Positions 55,917 through 61,905 of a stretch of 61,905 nucleotides of DNA are shown in pieces; positions within the stretch are counted from its first letter, which is position 1, and each line of letters begins with the position of its first letter. Source of the DNA: an uncultured Gammaproteobacteria bacterium (GTDB lineage: Bacteria; Patescibacteriota; Microgenomatia; Daviesbacterales; UBA10151); the NCBI GenBank assembly GCA_964551255.1, contig CAZKAW010000002.1, forward strand, positions 1 through 61,905. Direction: 5' to 3'. Under the pieces are notes generated by a model. It saw nothing but the letters and a program-made list of their open reading frames with translations, was not told the origin of the DNA and did no database searches. A program made the translations under genes and the position numbers.

Positions 55917-56888
55917 CTAATCTTCAGATCTGACAATCCAAATTGAGCCACCTTTAAAATACGGGGATTTAGGAAATGTCTTCTTGAGATCCTCAAGATA
56001 ATTAGCAGCAATGTAACTATTTGAATATAGGACCTTAAATTTACTATTAAAAATTAGGAAAGCTTGTAGTAAATATTGCTCTGCCCAAAATCTATGCTCT
56101 TTTAAAACCCATTCCTCTGGGTAGTCAAAAGGGAAAAATATATCGTGAATATGTACTAATACTCCCTTTTTAAGTCTTGGCAAGACTTCTAAAAATAGAT
56201 AATTTACATCACCGCCAGTTTTAACTGTATGGGAAGAATCTATAAAGAGAATATCATTTTCTTCTAATTTAGAAAAAAAACTAATCGGTAGTTTTTGAAC
56301 ATCTTTGTCATATAATTTTGTTAGCCCCAGATATCCTTTCTTCATAAATTCCTGGGGGAATGGTTCAATGCAAGTCAATTTGCTAGAACCATTTTTGATT
56401 GCTGCCAATGCTGCTATTTTACTGGACCATCCTGATCCTACCTCTATAATATTTTTGCTCTTAAAATGTCTAATTATAGAATAATAAACTAGTGCATCTA
56501 CTCCATCAAACGCTAAATTGTGAAAATGAAATTCATAATCTCTACCTGTTGGAGTATGGGGAATCAAATTATATTCATTTTTAAATTTAGAGAATTTTTC
56601 TAAAAATCCTGATTGCATTTTGTCATCAAAATTTATGCCGGGAAGTTGCGACTTTCTCTTAAAGAAATTCTTACTTAGCTTAGATGGATCAGGTATTGGC
56701 TGATAAAAATGGTTTGGTATTACAAAGAAGCCATTCCTAAGCCAAAAATCAAAAAAATCATAATGAATAAAATCTCCATGTCCTATTCTAAAACTGTTTA
56801 GGATTTTTGCAACCAATTTTGCCTTAGCAAATCTGAACTTCTTATTTATCTTGGAATTGGCAATTTTTATTTTAATATCTTTTGTCAT
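55917..56888 (-). CDS. class I SAM-dependent methyltransferase (Methyltransf_24-like)
   Basis: Contains IIEVGSGWSSKI (motif I) and ILFIDSSHTVKTGGDVNYLFLEVLPRLKKGVLVHIHDIFFPFDYP. Confidence 0.7.
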   Translation of the reverse strand: MTKDIKIKIANSKINKKFRFAKAKLVAKILNSFRIGHGDFIHYDFFDFWLRNGFFVIPNHFYQPIPDPSKLSKNFFKRKSQLPGINFDDKMQSGFLEKFSKFKNEYNLIPHTPTGRDYEFHFHNLAFDGVDALVYYSIIRHFKSKNIIEVGSGWSSKIAALAAIKNGSSKLTCIEPFPQEFMKKGYLGLTKLYDKDVQKLPISFFSKLEENDILFIDSSHTVKTGGDVNYLFLEVLPRLKKGVLVHIHDIFFPFDYPEEWVLKEHRFWAEQYLLQAFLIFNSKFKVLYSNSYIAANYLEDLKKTFPKSPYFKGGSIWIVRSED

Positions 56889-57868
56889 TTTAAATTAACC
56901 TTTTTTAATAGGTTATCCCGAATCCCACAATAAAATTGCCAAAATTGATAGAATTTAGATGATTGTATTTTTCTTAAATCCTCTTCTAATTTCTCTATCT
57001 TATCCCTAAAATAATTTTCATTGTAGGATCCTTGGCTGTAATGGTCTTCTACTGCTTCTTTTAATTCAATTGAGTCAAACATTTCTTTATAACCCTTTCT
57101 CTCCCAATATTTCGCAACCTCTAGTAATCTATAAACATTCATAAACTTAGCCAAAATAAATCCATGCATTCCATCAAGATAACCTTGATGCTCAAAATAT
57201 CTCCATTTAAATTCTTTCTCAAAATATGTCACAAATTCTCCAGCACTCATTTTTTTTGATTGGAAAACCTTCTCATAAGTACTGTATCGATCTATCATCT
57301 CTAAAAGCTCTCTAATATCCGCAATGTTATAATGCACAACAGCATTTTCTTCGACAGGAGGTAAGTTAAGGATTGTTCCGTCAAATACCGGGTCTTTATG
57401 AATTTGAACTGGCCAGTCTAAATGACCTGTTTTAAAAAGTCTTAGACGGTAATCTGGCCACCATATCCCATGTTCAATCCACTTTCCCAACAGAATATTT
57501 TTAATAGGAAATTTATACCCATCATATTTTGCCTCTTTAACTATGTTTTTTATCTTTTTTAGAAGAATTTTAGTGAATCGCTCGTCGGTATCAATAATTA
57601 GAGTCCATGGCATGGTTATTTTATTTAATGCAAAATTTCGAGCAGGCTCTACATAACCATAATCCTTGATTTTATAAATTTTAGCTCCTAATTTTTCAGC
57701 CAACTCTACAGTCCTGTCAGTACTTTGCATATCAACCACAATAATTTCATCAACAATAGATTTTGCAGAATTTATGCACTCTGTAATGTTTTTTTCCTCG
57801 TTTTTAGTATTTATCATTAAACCTATTTTATTTCTATAAAACCATCTTTTGTCATTATTTTTATTCAT
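56885..57868 (-). CDS. GT2-family glycosyltransferase with C-terminal helical extension
   Basis: Contains IGLMINTKNEEKNI, EIIVVDMQSTDRT and LIIDTDER (DxD). The tail is coiled-coil-like and ends in SSKFYQFWQFY. Confidence 0.75.
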   Translation of the reverse strand: MNKNNDKRWFYRNKIGLMINTKNEEKNITECINSAKSIVDEIIVVDMQSTDRTVELAEKLGAKIYKIKDYGYVEPARNFALNKITMPWTLIIDTDERFTKILLKKIKNIVKEAKYDGYKFPIKNILLGKWIEHGIWWPDYRLRLFKTGHLDWPVQIHKDPVFDGTILNLPPVEENAVVHYNIADIRELLEMIDRYSTYEKVFQSKKMSAGEFVTYFEKEFKWRYFEHQGYLDGMHGFILAKFMNVYRLLEVAKYWERKGYKEMFDSIELKEAVEDHYSQGSYNENYFRDKIEKLEEDLRKIQSSKFYQFWQFYCGIRDNLLKKVNLK

Positions 57869-57876
57869 GAGAATTT

Positions 57877-58596
57877 TTAAGGTTTTACCGCTTCAACTAC
57901 AAAAGTTTCTAAACGATTGAACTGCTCTCCTATCGATTTACTATGAGACTCTAATCCTTTCAAGTTTGGATCTTGACTTTGCCCTGGCGTATACCTTTTA
58001 ACATTAACAAATCTTACCCTTTCGAGTAGAAATTTAAGAGTCTTAAAATCGTATATGAACTGATGTCCCCAAGCTCTGACGAAGTTATTGATAATGAAAG
58101 TATCTGTAGCTTTTCCCCATTCCTTCAGAAACTCTCCGCTTGCCCAATTAATATATTCTTGTTGCAGAGATGACTTTTTGTCTTTGTATAAATCAATCAA
58201 AAATTTTAAATCTGGAGTTGCTAATCTAACCTTGCCCTTAGGCTTAAGTACCCGATAGATTTCTCTAAGTATTATTTCTCCTTGAGCAAAACTGAAATGT
58301 TCAATTGTATGCTCACAAAAAACATAATGGAAGGAAACATCTTTAATGGGAAAAGGGTTGGTTATATCAATTGGTATAACTTTATCCGCTGCATGTAAAT
58401 CTGAATTAAGCCAGGAGTCTAAAGGGAATGGCCAACAACCTAGTTGTAGCTTTTTTATTTTATGGGACTTTAAATAATCTTCAATTATTTTATTACGATT
58501 GAAATAGATTTTATACTGATAAGAATGCCATTTCAATTTTTCTATCAGTTTTTTAGTCGCCGTTAAGACTCCAAACATAACCTTGATTATATCCAA
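57877..58596 (-). CDS. class I SAM-dependent methyltransferase (Methyltransf_11-like)
   Basis: Contains LQLGCWPFPL and FCEHTIEHFSFAQGEIILREIYRVLKPKGKVRLATPD. Confidence 0.7.
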   Translation of the reverse strand: MDIIKVMFGVLTATKKLIEKLKWHSYQYKIYFNRNKIIEDYLKSHKIKKLQLGCWPFPLDSWLNSDLHAADKVIPIDITNPFPIKDVSFHYVFCEHTIEHFSFAQGEIILREIYRVLKPKGKVRLATPDLKFLIDLYKDKKSSLQQEYINWASGEFLKEWGKATDTFIINNFVRAWGHQFIYDFKTLKFLLERVRFVNVKRYTPGQSQDPNLKGLESHSKSIGEQFNRLETFVVEAVKP

Positions 58597-58625
58597 TATG
58601 TATGTACAATTAAAGGTACTCTCAA

Positions 58626-60740
58626 ATGAGGTTAAAGCTTTTTATATACTTTTTATTTTTGTTTTTCTTGCTTTCTTTTTTTGCATCAGGAGTAGTTGAC
58701 TCTCAAGACGGTTTTTTATACCTCTCTGTTGCCAGAAGTATTTATTATAAGGGAGATTTCACAGCACCTATTAATGAATATGATTATGAAAAAAATACAG
58801 GGAAAAATATTATTTTAGGGACATATATTGGAAGAAATGGCAAAACCTATAGTCATACCGGAATTGGTTATTCTGTTGCGCTGCTACCTGCAGTTTTTAT
58901 AGCAGATACGGTATATAAAATATATAATATCTCTCCTGCTATTCATTTTCCTTTGGAAAGCGATTGGCTTATTTTACTTCTTGCCTCTTTTACTAATGCT
59001 TTTTTTGGCAGCATTTTGGGTGTAATTATGTTCCTTTATTTAAAAGAGCTTCATTTGTCAGTAAAACAAGCCTTTTTTATCAGCTTGGCAACTATATTAG
59101 GAACAAATCTTTGGGTTTATACAAAACATTCACTAGCCCATATGATGTTTATCGTCTTCTTAATGCTTTCTTTCTATCTTTTGAAAAGATATTCCCGCTC
59201 TTCCAAATTACTCTATTTAATGTTTTCTGCTATTAGCTTTGGGGTATTAATAATTACCTATAATCAGACCTTTATGTTGGCAATATTACCTTTCACTGTT
59301 TATTATTTACTCCTGCATAATATCAAATTTAACAGATATCATTTTCAAAAAATTGTCAAGGATTTATTTGTATTTTTGGTGGCAGTTGTCCCTTTTATTT
59401 TGCTTTATCTCATAATTGAAAATACGAGAGCTGAAAAAATTACGTCCCTAGAAATTAACTATGCTAACCCGTTAGCAGTTATTACTCTAGCATTAAAACC
59501 CTTCATAACTCTACCCATTGGTGTAATCTTTGAGGGAGTCTGGGGACAACTATTGAGTCCAGGTAGAAGCATTTTTCTATATTCTCCAATATTGTTAATA
59601 CCAATTTTCTTCTGGCATAAGATCAAAGTGACGGTTAAAGCAGAGCTGGTGGTGTTTATATTACTGGGCATTCTATATGTTCTTTTTATTGCTACCCAAT
59701 ATCGAGTGGGACTGGAAAAAGATGGTTTATTTCTTGTCTGGCATGGTGAATCTAGTTGGGGACCTAGATATTTAACACCACTTATTCCTTTTGGCATGCT
59801 TTTAGTAGGAGGCATCTTTAGGCAACTAAGTAACTGGCAAAGATATGTCGTCTTTTATCCTCTTCTATTGGTAGGTATTATTGTAAATTTTCTGGGTATT
59901 ATCATGCCTTATCAATTAAAGTTTCATAATCTAGAAAAGGAATTTCATATCAATGGCCAACAATATACTAATTCTTCATATATAAACCTCCTTCCTAGAT
60001 ATACACCAATCATCTCTATGTCTAAGAATCTAGTAAAACTGATACAAGATTTTCCCCAAACTTTAGCTCATGGAATATATAAAGTTAAATTCTATGATGG
60101 GATAGATTTTCCTTTCAATGTAGGCCCTGAAAGATGGAGAGTTATTGAAGGCAAAGGATACATATCTTTTGATAATAGTCTAAGTAGTCCTGTAAAAGAA
60201 TTAACTTTTGGGTTAATTAATCATCCTCTTGCGGAAGCAAGTGAATCTGCAGCTTTGGTGAACTTTTATCTAAACAAAGAAAAACTTAATCAGTCTGCTA
60301 CAATCATAGCCAAGGAGAGATCTTTAATATCCGTTCCAATTAAATCATCTGTTTTACAAGAAAAAGGCAATAATCTCATTATTGATGTTCAATATGATGA
60401 TCCAACCGTTTTTCCGCAAAAAAAACAAATCTTAGGATTGATATCCATGACTATCAACAATGCTCCAATAAATTTAGAAACTTTGAATTTCCCGTTTATT
60501 TCAGATCTTGGTCCTGCCATGGGTTTCAAATATCAAAATTATGGAAATATCATATCTACGCCCTGGAAAGCTTGGGATATTCATACCCAAATTTATGAGA
60601 GGACACCTGATTTTTGGTGGATCAAACCACTCTACTATTGGGATCTACCAAAAAATTTATTCCTAGGAATGTTTATTTTAAACATTGCTAGTCTTATATT
60701 TTTTGCAGCTAAAACCTTTAATTGGATAAAAAGATCATAA
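58626..60740 (+). CDS. large GT-C-like polytopic membrane glycosyltransferase with C-terminal soluble domain and terminal TM helix
   Basis: The first loop is VVDSQDGFLYLSVARSIYYKGDF. About 12 TM helices are followed by a soluble region of about 230 aa and a final TM helix. Confidence 0.55.
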   Translation: MRLKLFIYFLFLFFLLSFFASGVVDSQDGFLYLSVARSIYYKGDFTAPINEYDYEKNTGKNIILGTYIGRNGKTYSHTGIGYSVALLPAVFIADTVYKIYNISPAIHFPLESDWLILLLASFTNAFFGSILGVIMFLYLKELHLSVKQAFFISLATILGTNLWVYTKHSLAHMMFIVFLMLSFYLLKRYSRSSKLLYLMFSAISFGVLIITYNQTFMLAILPFTVYYLLLHNIKFNRYHFQKIVKDLFVFLVAVVPFILLYLIIENTRAEKITSLEINYANPLAVITLALKPFITLPIGVIFEGVWGQLLSPGRSIFLYSPILLIPIFFWHKIKVTVKAELVVFILLGILYVLFIATQYRVGLEKDGLFLVWHGESSWGPRYLTPLIPFGMLLVGGIFRQLSNWQRYVVFYPLLLVGIIVNFLGIIMPYQLKFHNLEKEFHINGQQYTNSSYINLLPRYTPIISMSKNLVKLIQDFPQTLAHGIYKVKFYDGIDFPFNVGPERWRVIEGKGYISFDNSLSSPVKELTFGLINHPLAEASESAALVNFYLNKEKLNQSATIIAKERSLISVPIKSSVLQEKGNNLIIDVQYDDPTVFPQKKQILGLISMTINNAPINLETLNFPFISDLGPAMGFKYQNYGNIISTPWKAWDIHTQIYERTPDFWWIKPLYYWDLPKNLFLGMFILNIASLIFFAAKTFNWIKRS

Positions 60741-60747
60741 AAGATAA

Positions 60748-61060
60748 ATGATAAATAAACAAAAGAGAAATTTTTGTATAAAAGAAGGATATCAGATTCA
60801 ACTTAATCCAAATTATTTTTTGGATGAAGAAAGTGGAGTTATTTGGCAAGAAAAAATATATGATTTAGCATATTTTTATAGAAATTGTTCCAACTAACGT
60901 CATAGAACTTCTAAAAAGAATAACGGAACAGACACAACTAATTTTGAGGTACAAAAATAAGCTTAAAAGGATAATGTCTGCCAAAACATATAAAGTTTGG
61001 CAATTTTATAACCGCTCCTTAAAAAGTAGGATATTCAAGGTTGGGGTTCAAAGAGAATAA
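60748..61060 (+). pseudogene. decayed gene fragments (49-codon N-terminal ORF plus frame-shifted C-terminal tail)
   Basis: 60748-60897 encodes MINKQKRNFCIKEGYQIQLNPNYFLDEESGVIWQEKIYDLAYFYRNCSN. A frame shifted by +1 (60869-61060) encodes ..ELLKRITEQTQLILRYKNKLKRIMSAKTYKVWQFYNRSLK... That tail resembles the SSKFYQFWQFY tail of 56885..57868. Confidence 0.3.
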
Positions 61061-61082
61061 GTTAGTGATATACTAAAGTGAT

Positions 61083-61865
61083 ATGTTAAGGAAATTGATT
61101 CTTCCTTTTATTGCTTACAAATATTTACTTTTTCAATTAGTTCAGCGCGAAATCAAAGCAAGGTACAAACAATCTATAATTGGCTTTGTCTGGATTATTT
61201 TCAACCCATTAATACAGTTAATGATTTATTCCTTTGTTTTTTCTATAATATTTAGATTTCCAACTGGTGGTGTTCCTTATTCAATATTTCTTTTTGTTGG
61301 TTTGCTTCCCTGGATATATTTACAAACTTCTCTCTCTTCTTCTACTTTAGTTCTGGTAGATAATGCAAATCTAATAAAGAAGGTTAATTTTCCCAGAGAA
61401 GTGCTGCCTTATTCTGTAATCTTGGCAAAAAGCATTGATTTATTTTTTTCTTTAGTATTGCTTTTTGTACTCATGTTGTTTTATAAAATAGCTATTCCTT
61501 TAACAGTAATTGTTGTTATTCCACTTCTTTTTATTCAAGTCTTACTAATGACCGGTCTGGCCCTATTTTTATCGGCAGCCAATCTTTTTTATCGGGATAT
61601 TCAGTATTTAACTAACTTAATTCTTCTTGTATGGCTTTATGTTACACCAGTAGTATATCCTCTCTCGCTTGTACCAAAGGAGTATGTTTGGCTTTATAAA
61701 TTGAACCCCATGGTAGGAATTACCGAGGGTTATAGGTCGGCCCTGCTGAATCTTCCTTTTGATATCGGCACTATTGTATGGTCTGCTATATCTGCAATGG
61801 TAATATTTATAGTTGGTTTTTGGGTCTTTAAAAGGGGAGAAAAAGTTTTCGCAGATATTGTCTAA
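61083..61865 (+). CDS. ABC-2 type polysaccharide/teichoic-acid export permease (Wzm/TagG)
   Basis: Contains REIKARYKQSIIGFVWIIFNPL, six TM helices and the length typical of ABC-2 permeases. Confidence 0.85.
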   Translation: MLRKLILPFIAYKYLLFQLVQREIKARYKQSIIGFVWIIFNPLIQLMIYSFVFSIIFRFPTGGVPYSIFLFVGLLPWIYLQTSLSSSTLVLVDNANLIKKVNFPREVLPYSVILAKSIDLFFSLVLLFVLMLFYKIAIPLTVIVVIPLLFIQVLLMTGLALFLSAANLFYRDIQYLTNLILLVWLYVTPVVYPLSLVPKEYVWLYKLNPMVGITEGYRSALLNLPFDIGTIVWSAISAMVIFIVGFWVFKRGEKVFADIV

Positions 61866-61866
61866 T

Positions 61867-61905
61867 ATGAGCAGTCCAGTTATCATTTGTAAAAATATTT
61901 CTAAA
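61867..61905 (+). CDS. start of the probable ABC exporter ATP-binding subunit (Wzt/TagH), truncated by the window edge
   Basis: An ATG lies 1 nt after the permease stop. MSSPVIICKNISK resembles the first beta-strand of ABC ATPases. Only 13 codons are visible. Confidence 0.4.
   Translation, partial: MSSPVIICKNISK

Noticed and set aside
1-61905. Alternative genetic code (UGA recoding, as in some candidate phyla).
   Set aside because: Long conserved genes end at TGA (for example mraY at 14689-14691). No conserved protein shows in-frame TGA. The standard bacterial code fits throughout.
1-61905. CRISPR arrays, transposases, integrases, prophage, toxin-antitoxin or known defence genes.
   Set aside because: No regularly spaced short repeats were found. 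No ORF has recognisable recombinase, nuclease-defence or phage structural motifs.

Overview
AT-rich bacterial window of about 62 kb. It uses the standard genetic code (TGA, TAA and TAG all act as stops). Genes are tightly packed and often overlap by 4 nt. The reduced Mur enzymes, a DUF4012-type protein and the very high density of GT-C membrane enzymes suggest a small-genome Patescibacteria/CPR-like organism; that is inference only.

Layout:
- 1-3.7 kb: tRNA-Gly(CCC), an Ig-like surface protein, a Wzy_C (O-antigen-ligase-like) protein, decayed remnants of a wzx flippase and a GT2 butted against tRNA-Val(CAC), and lepB.
- 3.7-48.7 kb: an unbroken ~45 kb run of minus-strand genes. These are parB, rpmA, rplU, rodA, ileS, then a division/cell-wall cluster read as mraZ-rsmH-ftsL-ftsI-murE-murB'-murA-murF-mraY-ftsW-murG-ftsQ-ftsA-ftsZ, then a hypothetical protein, glyQS and recO.
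- 26.6-61.9 kb: a ~35 kb envelope-glycan locus. It holds a DUF4012 protein, a phosphoglycosyl transferase, six GT4, three GT2, two SAM methyltransferases, an acetyltransferase, galE, eleven large polytopic GT-C/Wzy_C-type membrane proteins and a Wzm/Wzt ABC exporter.

No transposase, integrase, CRISPR array or rRNA was seen.

The most interesting signals:
- The GT-C-dominated glycan locus.
- A polyprenyl-P-sugar synthase operon with two tandem paralogs that share a near-identical 242-bp 3' end.
- A 50-bp exact direct repeat that appears to have displaced an older C-terminus of the gene upstream of mraZ.
- A GC-rich in-frame insertion in rsmH.
- A MurB reduced to its FAD domain, plus N-terminally shortened MurE and MurF.
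- A repeat-structured candidate operator upstream of mraZ.
- Several decayed or split glycosylation genes.
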